64,000 nucleotides of DNA from an uncultured Microthrixaceae bacterium (GCA_964649545.1 CAZYPY010000002.1:7050-71049), one strand, 5' to 3'; positions 10,443-19,840 are shown, numbered from the stretch's first letter. The notes: a model not told the origin generated them from the letters alone. Numbers and translations: made by a program.

Positions 10443-11804
10443 GTGGCGACGAGGCTCGTGATCATCGGTGGGGGGCCCGCGGGCAACCAGGCGGCCACCC
10501 AGGCGGCCAAGCTGGGCGCCGAGGTCACAGTCATCGAGCGCGACATCGTCGGCGGCGCCGCCCACCTGTGGGACTGCATCCCCTCCAAGGCCATGATCGC
10601 CAGCGGCGGGGCCCTGTCCCAGGTGCACCAGGCCCGGGGCATGGGCCTCACCGAGGTGAACGCCAGCCTCGACTCGGAAGCCCTGCGCGAGCGCAACGCC
10701 GCCATCGAGGGCCGCCTCGAGCGCTCCATCACCGGGTTGCTCGAGAGCCAGGACGTGCGCCTCATCCGCGGCACCGGCCGCCTGGTCGGGCCCCACGAGG
10801 TGGTGGCCGACACCGAGGACGGCCCCGTCGAGCTCGAGGCCGACGCGGTCCTGCTCTCCACCGGCAGCCGGCCCCGCATCCCCGAGTGGGCGCCGGTCGA
10901 CGGTCATCGGGTGCTCACGACCCGCGACGCCTACCCGCCGCCCACCATGCCCGAGCACCTCGTGGTGATCGGGTCGGGCGTGACCGGCGTGGAGTTCGTG
11001 CACATGTTCTCGTCGTTCGGCTGCGAGGTCACCTTGATCGTCAGCCGCCAGCAGGTGCTGCCCCGCAAGGACCCGGAGGTCGCCGCCGCGCTGGAGGAGA
11101 ACTTCATCGAGCGGGGCGTCAACCTGCTCATCGGGGCACGAGCCGAGGGCATCGACGTGTCCGACGAAGGCATCACCGTGCGCTGCGACGACGGCCGGCG
11201 GCCCTCCGGGTCCCACGCCCTGCTGGCCATCGGCTCCATCCCGAACTCCGACCGGCTCGGCCTCGAGACCGCGGGCGTGCACACCGACGCCGGCGGCTAC
11301 GTCACCGTCGACCGCCACTGCCGGTCGAACGTGCCCCACATCTACGCCGCCGGCGACCTCTCCGGGAAGCTCCCGCTGTCGTCGGTGGCGTCCATGCAGG
11401 GCCGCAAGATCGCCGAGCACGTCATGGGCCTCTACACGCGGGCCCACAAGCACCTCGACTACGACAAGGCCGCCTCGGCCATCTTCACCGAGCCCGAGAT
11501 CGCCGACGTGGGCCTGGCCGAGGCCGACGCCTTCGCCGAGGGCCGCAAGGTGCGGGTCACCAAGGTGCCGTTCTCGTCGAACGCCAAGGCCCTGATCCTC
11601 GACGACCCCCGCGGCTTCGTGAAGATCATCTCCGACCCCGCCACCGGCGTGGTGCTGGGCGGCTCGATCGTGGGGCGCAACGCCGCCGAGCTCATCTCGG
11701 TGATCGCCCTGGCGGTCACCGCCGGCCTGCGGGTGAGTGACATCCACGAGAGCCTCTTGGTCCATCCCGCCCTCGCCGAGGCGCTCGCGGAGGCGGCCGA
11801 GTGA
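10443..11804 (+). CDS. lpdA: Flavoprotein disulfide-reductase family protein, LpdA (Rv3303c)-type NAD(P)H-quinone dehydrogenase
   Basis: FAD motif VIIGGGPAGNQAA. GGAAHLWDCIPSK retains only one Cys of the usual CxxxxC, as in mycobacterial LpdA. Second Rossmann motif VVIGSGVTGVEF. I take the GTG at 10443 as the start. Confidence 0.8.
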   Translation: MATRLVIIGGGPAGNQAATQAAKLGAEVTVIERDIVGGAAHLWDCIPSKAMIASGGALSQVHQARGMGLTEVNASLDSEALRERNAAIEGRLERSITGLLESQDVRLIRGTGRLVGPHEVVADTEDGPVELEADAVLLSTGSRPRIPEWAPVDGHRVLTTRDAYPPPTMPEHLVVIGSGVTGVEFVHMFSSFGCEVTLIVSRQQVLPRKDPEVAAALEENFIERGVNLLIGARAEGIDVSDEGITVRCDDGRRPSGSHALLAIGSIPNSDRLGLETAGVHTDAGGYVTVDRHCRSNVPHIYAAGDLSGKLPLSSVASMQGRKIAEHVMGLYTRAHKHLDYDKAASAIFTEPEIADVGLAEADAFAEGRKVRVTKVPFSSNAKALILDDPRGFVKIISDPATGVVLGGSIVGRNAAELISVIALAVTAGLRVSDIHESLLVHPALAEALAEAAE

Positions 11805-12406
11805 GCGCACGGCACGACGGCGGCACGCCGGGCGACGACGACGAGTCCCTCGACCGCTGGGAGGACGAGCTCGCCGACCTCGACTGGGACGAGGACGAGT
11901 TCGACCTCTCGAACGAGGACGAGGACGGCGAGGTGCCGCTCGACGACGAGGGGCGGCCACTGCGCGGCACCGGGTCCCTCGCCCCCGTCTGGCAGCGCGC
12001 CATCGCCCGGCTGGTCGACGTCTTCATCATCTTCAACGTGGCGGGCTTCCTCGCCTACGTGATCGTGCGGCCCGCCGAGGACGACACCGGGCTCCTGACC
12101 ACCGTCGCCTTCGCCGGCGTCTTCTGGGTGATCGCCGGTGTCTACGAGGCGGGCATGGTGGCCTGGAAGGGCCAGACGCTCGGCAAGCTGCTCCTGCGCA
12201 TCGAGGTGGTGCGGCGCACCGACGGGGCCCGACCCACGCCCGGCGAGGCCGCGGTCCGGTACGCGGTGCCGACGGTCTGGTTGCTGCTGCCCCTGCCGCT
12301 GATCGGCCAGCTCCTGTGGATGGTCGTGTACCTGAGCGCGATCCCGAACACCCGCCGTCAGGGCTGGCACGACAAGGCGGCGTCGACCCTGGTGGTGGTG
12401 GTCTGA
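11801..12406 (+). CDS. RDD-family membrane protein with an acidic N-terminal tail
   Basis: WQRAIARLVDVFII...WKGQTLGKLLLRIEVV...RRQGWHDKAASTLVV is the RDD pattern. The GTGA overlap with lpdA indicates translational coupling. Confidence 0.75.
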   Translation: MSARHDGGTPGDDDESLDRWEDELADLDWDEDEFDLSNEDEDGEVPLDDEGRPLRGTGSLAPVWQRAIARLVDVFIIFNVAGFLAYVIVRPAEDDTGLLTTVAFAGVFWVIAGVYEAGMVAWKGQTLGKLLLRIEVVRRTDGARPTPGEAAVRYAVPTVWLLLPLPLIGQLLWMVVYLSAIPNTRRQGWHDKAASTLVVVV

Positions 12407-13299
12407 TGGCCGCGCTGCTCCCCGAGCCGCCCGTCCCCGCGGTGCTCCAGGAGGACGAGGACCTCCGCACCTACAACAGCTTCATCATCCTCGGCTCGAT
12501 GCGGTCGGGCACGACCTTGCTGGCCCAGTGCCTCAACGCCCACCCGCAGCTCGTGGTGCCCGACGAGACCGACTTCCTCGTCCCTGCGGCCTTCCTCGTG
12601 GACCGCATCCCCGACCCCGTCCTCGGCCGCCGCCTGGTCAGCGAGCTGATCTGCGGGTCGGCCCGGTACGCGGACAGCATCGGCCGCTACGTGCCGCCGG
12701 CGCGCGTCTGGGAGATCGTGCACTCGGCGTCGTACGACGCGCCGAGCATCATCGTCTCGCTCTACCACGAGGTGGCGAGGGTGGCCGGCGTCCCGGTGGC
12801 GGGGGACAAGTCCCCGAACGACCTCCAGTTCCTGCGGGTCCTGGTGGACAGCCGCCTGTTCATGTTCGTGAAGGTGATCCACATCGTCCGCGACGTGCGT
12901 GACGTCATGGTCTCGATGCACAAGCTGGGGTGGATCCCGCGCCTGCGCTACGGCTACCCCCGGTTCTGGTCGTCGGACAACATCTTCGCCAACAACCGCC
13001 TCCAGGGCTCCGAGGAGCGCTACCACCTCCTGCGCTACGAGGACCTGGTCCGCGACCCCGAGACCGAGCTGGCCGCCTGCTGTGCCCACCTCGGCGTCGA
13101 GTTCGACCCCGCCATGATCGACGTCGAGCGCCGCAAGGTGGCCTCGAACCACCCCGACCTGCCCCACCACGCCCGCACCTTCGGGGCCATCGACCAGGCC
13201 GGGATCGGCGCCTACCAGGACGCCTTCGACGACGAGGAGCTGGCCCACGCGGAGCGCCTCGGGGCCGAGGGGCTGCGTCGGTTCGGCTACCTCGGGTGA
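12406..13299 (+). CDS. Sulfotransferase-family protein (paralog 1)
   Basis: PAPS 5'-phosphosulfate-binding loop ILGSMRSGTTLLAQCL. ATGA overlap with the RDD gene. The upstream part of the supplied 520-aa ORF is shadow frame. Confidence 0.75.
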   Translation: MAALLPEPPVPAVLQEDEDLRTYNSFIILGSMRSGTTLLAQCLNAHPQLVVPDETDFLVPAAFLVDRIPDPVLGRRLVSELICGSARYADSIGRYVPPARVWEIVHSASYDAPSIIVSLYHEVARVAGVPVAGDKSPNDLQFLRVLVDSRLFMFVKVIHIVRDVRDVMVSMHKLGWIPRLRYGYPRFWSSDNIFANNRLQGSEERYHLLRYEDLVRDPETELAACCAHLGVEFDPAMIDVERRKVASNHPDLPHHARTFGAIDQAGIGAYQDAFDDEELAHAERLGAEGLRRFGYLG

Positions 13300-13387
13300 A
13301 TGGTGGGCCGGCGGCGGCGTGCCGTAGCCTGTGACGATCATGCGTCGTTCAACTGAGGGCCGTGACGCGGCCCGGGTCGGCTGACCC

Positions 13388-14239
13388 GTGGCCACCGCGA
13401 CCGCACCATCCGGCGTCAAGCTCTCCTCGAAGCTGCCCTTCGTCGAGCTGTGGACGTACCGCACGCTCATCGTCAACCTGACCGAGCGCGAGTTCAAGGC
13501 CAAGTACAAGAAGTCCGTCCTGGGCTGGCTCTGGTCGCTGCTGAACCCGCTGTCGACCCTGGCGGTGTTCACCCTCGTCTTCGGAACGTTCCTCGGGGGC
13601 CAGGCCCCCGAGTCGGCCAACGGCACCACGCTGTTCGCGGTCTACCTGTTCACCGGCCTGGTGGTCTGGAACATGTTCGCCAACACGGTGAACGGCTCGA
13701 TCCAGGCCCTCAACATGAACGCCTCGCTGCTCAAGAAGGTCTATTTCCCCCCGGAGTGCCCGGCGGTGGCCAACGTCCTGGCGGTGCTGGTGCAGGCCGC
13801 CATCGAGACCGCGATCTTGATGGTCGTCCTGATCGCGCTCGGCAACGTGTCGTGGACGTTCCTGCTCTGGCCGGCGCTCGTCGTCCTGGTGATCGCGTTC
13901 TCGATCGGGCTCGGCCTGGTCCTGAGCCTGGCCAACGTCTACTACCGCGACGTCGAGTACCTGATCTCCATCTTCATGCAGCTCCTCTTCTACTGCACCC
14001 CGATCGTGTGGAACGTGAACGTGGTGGGCGAGAAGGAGCTCGGCCCCTTCAGCATCGCCACGCTCCTGAAGTTCAACCCCATCGCCTCCTACGTCGGCGC
14101 CGCCCGCGACCTCGTGTGGTACCTCGAGGTGCCGTCGCTGAACCGGTGCCTCGCCTGCCTGTTCTGGGCGGTCGCGTCCCTCGTGATCGGCTGGTACGTC
14201 TTCCGCAAGTACTCCGTCAACGTGAGCGAGGAGCTGTGA
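13388..14239 (+). CDS. wzm: ABC-2 type polysaccharide/teichoic-acid export permease (Wzm/TagG-like)
   Basis: 283 aa with six predicted TM helices. N-terminus LWTYRTLIVNLTEREFKAKYKKSVLGWLWSLLNPL is diagnostic of ABC-2 glycan exporters. Confidence 0.9.
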   Translation: MATATAPSGVKLSSKLPFVELWTYRTLIVNLTEREFKAKYKKSVLGWLWSLLNPLSTLAVFTLVFGTFLGGQAPESANGTTLFAVYLFTGLVVWNMFANTVNGSIQALNMNASLLKKVYFPPECPAVANVLAVLVQAAIETAILMVVLIALGNVSWTFLLWPALVVLVIAFSIGLGLVLSLANVYYRDVEYLISIFMQLLFYCTPIVWNVNVVGEKELGPFSIATLLKFNPIASYVGAARDLVWYLEVPSLNRCLACLFWAVASLVIGWYVFRKYSVNVSEEL

Positions 14240-14327
14240 GCCCGAGGAACGAGGGCGTGGGCCCCGGCCTGCGTGGCCCGAACGCAGGACGAGCGGCCCG
14301 GCGAGGTACGAGCCAGGAGCGGGAGAG

Positions 14328-15668
14328 GTGAGCGCCTACGAGCCGGGGTCGCCGGCGATCCAGGTCGAGCACGTCTCGAAGGAGTTCCGGCTCTACAACG
14401 AGAAGCCGATGCACCTGAAGGACCGCGTCACCCGTGGCTCGAAGGCGCGCTACGAGATGTTCACCGCCCTCGACGACGTGTCGCTGACCATCCCCCACGG
14501 CACGATGTACGGCCTCGTGGGCCACAACGGCTCGGGCAAGTCGACCCTGCTGCGCATGATGGCGAACATCTACCGGCCCACCAGCGGGCGGGTGGTCACC
14601 CACGGCCGGATCTCGGCGCTGCTCGAGCTCGGCGCCGGCTTCCATCCCCAGCTCTCGGGCCGGGAGAACATCTTCCTCAACGCCTCGATCCTGGGCCTCG
14701 GCCGGCGGGAGATCGCCAGCAAGGTCGACGAGATCATCGAGTTCGCGGGCCTCGAGAAGTTCATCGACACCCCGGTCAAGGTCTACTCGAGCGGCATGTA
14801 CGTCCGCCTCGGCTTCTCCGTGGCGGTCAACGTGAACCCCGAGATCCTGCTGATCGACGAGGTCATCGCGGTCGGCGACGAGGCCTTCCAGCGCCGCTGC
14901 TTCGACCACCTCTACTCCCTCCGCCAGAAGGGGGTGACCATCGTGATGGTGACCCACAACATGGGCCTGGTGCAGACCATGTGCGACAACGCCGCGTGGC
15001 TGGAGAAGGGCAAGCTCCTCCACGAGGGCAAGGCGGTCAAGGTGACCAAGGAGTACCTGAAGAAGGTCAACGACCAGGAGGGCGAGCGCTTGGGCGAGGC
15101 CGGCGGCCGCCGGGTCGGTGCCCTGGGCCGGCCGTCCGGCACCGGCGAGATCAAGGTGGAGAAGGTCGACTACATCAGCGCCCGCCTCAAGCCCACACCG
15201 GTGGGGGCCACCGGCGACCCACTGGTCGTGCGCCTGCACTACACCTGCACCGAGCCCGTCGAGAACCCGGTGTTCAAGCTCGGCTTCCACCACGACGGTG
15301 GGGCCCTGGTGGGTGAGCCCAGCACCAAGCTGGCCGAGTTCGAGACCGGCACCCTCGAGGGCGAGGGGACGATCTACTACAAGATGCCGTCGCTGCCGCT
15401 CGTGCCGGGCGACTACCACCTGAGCGTCACCGTCACCGACAGCCACTCGCTGCACCGCTTCGACCACCACGAGCGGGAGTTCCTCCTGCACGTGCAGCCG
15501 GGCCGCAGCAACGAGAAGGCCGGGTTCGTCGACCTCGGCGGCGAGTGGACCTTCCCCAAGCACACCGGCAGCGCCAAGGCCGCGCTGGCCGAGGCCACCG
15601 CGGCGAAGGCGGCGGCCAAGGCCGCGGCCGCCGCCGAGCGCCAGGCGGAGGATCAGGCTGTCGGTTGA
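14328..15668 (+). CDS. wzt: Polysaccharide ABC exporter ATP-binding protein with a C-terminal carbohydrate-binding domain (Wzt/TagH-like)
   Basis: Walker A GHNGSGKST, signature YSSGMYVRL, Walker B LLIDEVIAVGD. A beta-rich C-terminal extension of about 190 aa (GEIKVEKVDYIS...YHLSVTVTD) resembles the Wzt_C domain. Confidence 0.88.
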   Translation: MSAYEPGSPAIQVEHVSKEFRLYNEKPMHLKDRVTRGSKARYEMFTALDDVSLTIPHGTMYGLVGHNGSGKSTLLRMMANIYRPTSGRVVTHGRISALLELGAGFHPQLSGRENIFLNASILGLGRREIASKVDEIIEFAGLEKFIDTPVKVYSSGMYVRLGFSVAVNVNPEILLIDEVIAVGDEAFQRRCFDHLYSLRQKGVTIVMVTHNMGLVQTMCDNAAWLEKGKLLHEGKAVKVTKEYLKKVNDQEGERLGEAGGRRVGALGRPSGTGEIKVEKVDYISARLKPTPVGATGDPLVVRLHYTCTEPVENPVFKLGFHHDGGALVGEPSTKLAEFETGTLEGEGTIYYKMPSLPLVPGDYHLSVTVTDSHSLHRFDHHEREFLLHVQPGRSNEKAGFVDLGGEWTFPKHTGSAKAALAEATAAKAAAKAAAAAERQAEDQAVG

Positions 15669-15708
15669 GTCGGGGGACCGGGGGGCGCCGACCCCACCGG
15701 GGCCGGGC

Positions 15709-16779
15709 GTGCTCGTGCTCGGCATGCACCGCAGCGGCACGTCCGCGCTGACCCGCGCCCTCGGGCTGCTGGGGCTCGGCACGGGCCGGCGCGGCGCGCT
15801 CATGGAGGCGGCGCCGTCCAACCGCTCGGGGCACTGGGAGATCACCGCGCTCACCGAGTGCAACGACCGCCTGCTGCGCGAGCTGGGTGGACGGTGGTCC
15901 GGTCCGCCCGCCGACCTCGCCGGCGTGGTGACGGCGGCAGCCGGGCCCCTCGGGGCCGAGGCCCGCGGCTTGGTCGCCGAGCTGTTGCCGGCCGGCCCGT
16001 GGACCTGGAAGGACCCCCGGCTGTGCCTCACGCTGCCGTTCTGGCAGGAGGTCCTGGGGGGTCGCCCGCCCGCGGTGGTGTGCCTGCGGAACCCGCTCGA
16101 GATCGCGGCCTCGCTCGAGCAGCGCAACGGGTTCTCCCCGGCCTACGGGGTGGCCCTCTGGGAGCGCTACCTGCGCTCGCTCTGGCCCGTGCTGGCCGGT
16201 CGCCCCGTGCTCGTCGTCGACTACGACGAGGTCCTGGGTGCGCCGGAGGGTGTCGTCGACCGGCTCGCCGGCTTCGTCGCCGACCACGCGGGCACGACGC
16301 CCACCGACGATGCGAGGAGGGCGGCGACGGCGTCCCTCGACGACGGTGAGCGTCACCACGACGTCGACGACGGTGCACTGGCAGGGCACCCGGCGGTCAG
16401 CGCCGCCCAACAGGCGCTGTTCGATCGCTCGCGGGCCGTCGTGGGTCGCCACGACGCCCTGCCGGCCGTCGATGTCGGTGAGGAGACCCCCGGCCTGCAA
16501 CTCGCCTTCGACGAGCACCGGCGCATGAGCGAGTTCGAGGACGAGAACATCCGCCTGCGCGCCGGCATGGACGAAGCCCGCGCCGGCCTCGACCGCCAGA
16601 CCCTGTTCTTCCACCAGGAGCTCGAGCGCCGCAGTGCGGAGGCATCGGCCCTGGCCACCGACGTCATGGCCGCGCGCGACCAGATCACCGAGCTCCAGGC
16701 CACCCTCGACCGCATGCGGGGGCGGCTGCCCATCCGGGCGTACCTGGCGGTCCGCCGGCGGCTCCCCGGCGGGGGCTGA
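15709..16779 (+). CDS. Sulfotransferase-family protein (paralog 2) with a C-terminal coiled-coil segment
   Basis: N-terminal VLGMHRSGTSALTRAL PAPS loop. The C-terminal 85 aa or so are helical and E/R/L/A-rich (MSEFEDENIRLRAGMDEARAGLDRQTLFFHQELERRSAEASALATDVMAARDQITELQATLDRMRGRL). Confidence 0.75.
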   Translation: MLVLGMHRSGTSALTRALGLLGLGTGRRGALMEAAPSNRSGHWEITALTECNDRLLRELGGRWSGPPADLAGVVTAAAGPLGAEARGLVAELLPAGPWTWKDPRLCLTLPFWQEVLGGRPPAVVCLRNPLEIAASLEQRNGFSPAYGVALWERYLRSLWPVLAGRPVLVVDYDEVLGAPEGVVDRLAGFVADHAGTTPTDDARRAATASLDDGERHHDVDDGALAGHPAVSAAQQALFDRSRAVVGRHDALPAVDVGEETPGLQLAFDEHRRMSEFEDENIRLRAGMDEARAGLDRQTLFFHQELERRSAEASALATDVMAARDQITELQATLDRMRGRLPIRAYLAVRRRLPGGG

Positions 16780-16782
16780 CCG

Positions 16783-17643
16783 ATGCGTCTCGTCATGACG
16801 CTCCTCGTCCGTGACGAGGAGGACATCGTCCGCGCCAACCTCGACTTCCACCTCGCCCAGGGCGTCGACTTCGTGATCGCCACCGACAACCGCTCGGAGG
16901 ACGGCACCGTCGCCATCCTCGAGGAGTACGAGGCCCGTGGCGTGCTCCGCCTCCTCCACGAGCCCGACGACGACTACGCCCAGGGTCGCTGGGTCACCCG
17001 CATGGCCCGCCTGGCCGCCACCGAGCACGGGGCCGACTGGGTGATCAACAACGACGCCGACGAGTTCTGGTGCCCCCACGAGGGCGATCTCCGCACGGTG
17101 CTCCAGTCCGTGCCCGCCGACACCGATGCCGTGCTCGTGCCCCGGTACAACTTCGTCGTTCCTGCCGAAGGCCCCGGTGGTCGGGCCAGCGCCGATGCCG
17201 GCCCCCGCCCGTTCTTCGAACGCATGACCGTCCGCTACGCCGAGCCGTACGACCCGATCAAACGGGGACCGGTGCAGCCCAAGATGGCGCACCGGGCCCA
17301 CCCCCAGGCCCGCGTGCTCCAAGGCAACCACGACGTCCAGTGGCCCGGCCGCGGTGCCGTGGCCGACGACGCTCCCATCGAGATCCTGCACTTCCCGATC
17401 CGGACCGAGGCCCAATTCGCCAACAAGATCGCCAAGGGGGGCGCGGCGTACGAGCGTAACGCCGACGTCCCGGAGCGCTACGGTCGCCGCTGGCGGCAGT
17501 TGCTCGAGGCGCAGAGGCGGGGCGAGTTCGGTGACGTGTACGCGGGCGTGGTGTTGGACGACGAGGCCGTGGCCGAGGGCCTGGCACGCGGCGAGCTGGT
17601 GCGCGACCGACGTCTGAGCGACGCCATGGAGGCGACGACGTGA
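16783..17643 (+). CDS. Glycosyltransferase family 2-like protein (Glyco_tranf_2_4 type)
   Basis: MTLLVRDEEDIVRANLDFHLAQGVDFVIATDNRSEDGT...NNDADEFW, with a DxD-like DAD motif. Confidence 0.7.
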   Translation: MRLVMTLLVRDEEDIVRANLDFHLAQGVDFVIATDNRSEDGTVAILEEYEARGVLRLLHEPDDDYAQGRWVTRMARLAATEHGADWVINNDADEFWCPHEGDLRTVLQSVPADTDAVLVPRYNFVVPAEGPGGRASADAGPRPFFERMTVRYAEPYDPIKRGPVQPKMAHRAHPQARVLQGNHDVQWPGRGAVADDAPIEILHFPIRTEAQFANKIAKGGAAYERNADVPERYGRRWRQLLEAQRRGEFGDVYAGVVLDDEAVAEGLARGELVRDRRLSDAMEATT

Positions 17644-17915
17644 AGCGTGCCCGGCGGGCGATGACAACCAGTGCGGCAGCCGCGGGTCGGCGTACGATCT
17701 CGGGCACGATACGGGGCGTCGATGGCCGCTGCGTGAACGCGCTGGTCAGCCTGGTCCATCGCAACCGGGCGGGGCAGCCTGTGCGCATCGACGGCTCCGT
17801 CAACCCCGCCTGACCAGCGGCGCGGCGCCGACGGCACGCCCCGCCGCGTCCCGTCCCCGCATCGACCGGCAACGCTGTCCGACACCATTGCCGTTCGGGG
17901 GCGACCGGACTGGCG

Positions 17916-18746
17916 TCAGATGGTGAAGCCGAAGCGGCGCACCGCCTCGACCTGCTCCTCGGTGAACGGATGGTCGAGGTGGTCGCGCCAACGACCGCTC
18001 GACGCGGGCGTCTGGACCTTGGCCGCGATGGCCGGGAGCTGGTCACCGGGCTCGACGCCGGCGAACTCGAGCAGGCGGTGCAGCTCACCCTCGGGGTCGG
18101 CGCACAGGTCGTCGAAGCGCAGGAAGAGGAACCGGTCGCCGAGGCGGTCGCCGAGGTCGAGCGCCCGCCGGGTCATGTGGATCCAGTAGCCGAGCTGCGA
18201 CGCGGCCTCGGCGTCGGGCCCTTCGCCCTCGGGGAACGGAAACCCGAACTGGTCGCCGAAGTTGCGGAGCTGGTTCTTGTTCTCGCTGTAGGCCATGTCG
18301 AGGCCGTGGCGGGCCACGTAGACGAAGCGCAGGGCGGGGAAGTGGTCGATGAGCTGGGGGAGGAAGAGGTGGCTGTTCGGCTCCTTCCAGCCCCAGGCCG
18401 CGGCCCGGCGACGCTCGGCTCGGGGCCGGCGGGCGAAGGCGGCCCGCACCCGTTCGGCCGACTCCCGCCGACCCACGGTCGGGTCGTGGTCGATGATGAC
18501 GCGCCCGAGGCGGGTGAGGTCGGCCGGGGTGAAGGGCCGGTCCCGGGAGTACCGGGTGAAGGTGGCCAGGTGGCGGCGGACCGCCGGGTCGCCCGCGGTG
18601 GCGAACCAGCGGGGCCGCTTGAACAGGGCGGTGAAGACGAGGTTGTCGAGGGCGGCGTTGAAGAGCCGGCCCATGTCGACACCGGCGTCTCGGAGGGCCA
18701 CAGCGTACACCCGGGTCCCGCTGCCCCCCAGCCCCCCGATCACCAA
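17916..18746 (-). CDS. Sulfotransferase-family protein (paralog 3)
   Basis: VIGGLGGSGTRVYAVAL P-loop variant, followed by sulfotransferase-like regions (WGWKEPNSHLFLP, VYVARHGLDMAYS). I place the start at TTG 18746 or GTG 18743. The ATG at 18914 would translate two tandem intergenic repeats. Confidence 0.65.
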   Translation of the reverse strand: MVIGGLGGSGTRVYAVALRDAGVDMGRLFNAALDNLVFTALFKRPRWFATAGDPAVRRHLATFTRYSRDRPFTPADLTRLGRVIIDHDPTVGRRESAERVRAAFARRPRAERRRAAAWGWKEPNSHLFLPQLIDHFPALRFVYVARHGLDMAYSENKNQLRNFGDQFGFPFPEGEGPDAEAASQLGYWIHMTRRALDLGDRLGDRFLFLRFDDLCADPEGELHRLLEFAGVEPGDQLPAIAAKVQTPASSGRWRDHLDHPFTEEQVEAVRRFGFTI

Positions 18747-18755
18747 TGGCCTTGT

Positions 18756-18910
18756 GGCTCCTTCGTCGCCACCCCTTCGGGATCCGGTTCGTCGGTGCGG
18801 CTGCTCCGCTCCGCTTCGCAGCGTCGCCGGTTCCTCGGTGGCTCCTTCGTCGCCACCCCTTCGGGATCCGGTTCGTCGGTGCGGCTGCTCCGCTCCGCTC
18901 CGCAACGTCG
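18756..18910. repeat. Two tandem copies (84-bp period) of the dispersed repeat family
   Basis: Copies at 18756-18826 and 18840-18910 share ggctccttcgtcgccaccccttcgggatccggttcgtcggtgcggctgctccgctccgc(t/-)tcgca(g/a)cgtcg. They are separated by a 13-bp linker. Confidence 0.9.
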
Positions 18911-18918
18911 CCATCGCG

Positions 18919-19836
18919 CTAGCGATCCCCGGGTGGCTCGCCGGGGAGGCGGAAACGGGGCGGCTCGAGGTCGCACTGCGTCGGGATCGTCCCGAGGAAG
19001 TGGGGGCGGCGGGCCACCGTCTCGTAGGGCACGCCCCGGATCTGCTCGTACTCGGCGGCGAAGGCCCCGAAGGGGTGGGCCTCGTCGGGGTTGCGGGCCG
19101 AGTTGGTGGCCACCCCGCCGTGCATCTGGTGGAACGTGGCCTCGCCGAGCAGCATCACCGGGTCGACGGTCGGGTCGAGGCGGGCCCGGTTCATCACGTC
19201 GAGGTTCACCAGACCGCCTCCCGGCGACCGGAAGGCCTCGTCGTACCCGCCCATGCGCTCGTACTGGGCCCGTGAGAGGGCCACGCAGTTGCTCTCGGCG
19301 AGGTCCGAGAAGAAGCCTTCCTTGCTCGACGGCGCCACCGTGGCGATGCGGTAGAGCTCGTAGCCGTCCCGCTCCCACGGCACCGAGGCCAGCAGGGCGT
19401 CCTCGTCGGCGGTGGTCCAGCCGGCGGCGATGGCCTCGTTCTGCACCTGGTGCCCGAGGTGCATGCCGAGGGTGTAGACGAACGGGTTGTCGAACGCACG
19501 GAAGGCGCGTTCGGTGGTCGCCAGGATGCCCGGGGAGAGGATGCGGGCGCCGTCGATGCACAGCATCACCCGCTCACCCGAGCCCTGGGCGACCGCGTGG
19601 TTGAGCGCCGCCGCCGGCGAGGGCCACTCGGGGTCGAACCAGAGATGGCGGAAGTTGGGGCCGAACGAGGCCACCGTGGCGGGGTCGAGCGGGGCGGGGG
19701 AGCCGTTGTCGACCACGAGCACCTCGTAGTGGTCGGCGTCCACCCCCTGGTACGCCGGCGTCAGCGAGTGCAGCGTCCGGGGCGCCTCACGGCGCATGTC
19801 GTAGACGTTGACGACGACGGTGAGCCGGGCCCCCAT
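18919..19836 (-). CDS. Glycosyltransferase family 2
   Basis: LTVVVNVYDMRREAPRTLHSL...YEVLVVDNGSP...CIDGARIL is the GT2 DxD/Rossmann pattern. The ATG at 19836 was verified by codon counting from the stop. Confidence 0.8.
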   Translation of the reverse strand: MGARLTVVVNVYDMRREAPRTLHSLTPAYQGVDADHYEVLVVDNGSPAPLDPATVASFGPNFRHLWFDPEWPSPAAALNHAVAQGSGERVMLCIDGARILSPGILATTERAFRAFDNPFVYTLGMHLGHQVQNEAIAAGWTTADEDALLASVPWERDGYELYRIATVAPSSKEGFFSDLAESNCVALSRAQYERMGGYDEAFRSPGGGLVNLDVMNRARLDPTVDPVMLLGEATFHQMHGGVATNSARNPDEAHPFGAFAAEYEQIRGVPYETVARRPHFLGTIPTQCDLEPPRFRLPGEPPGDR

Positions 19837-19840
19837 GGCC

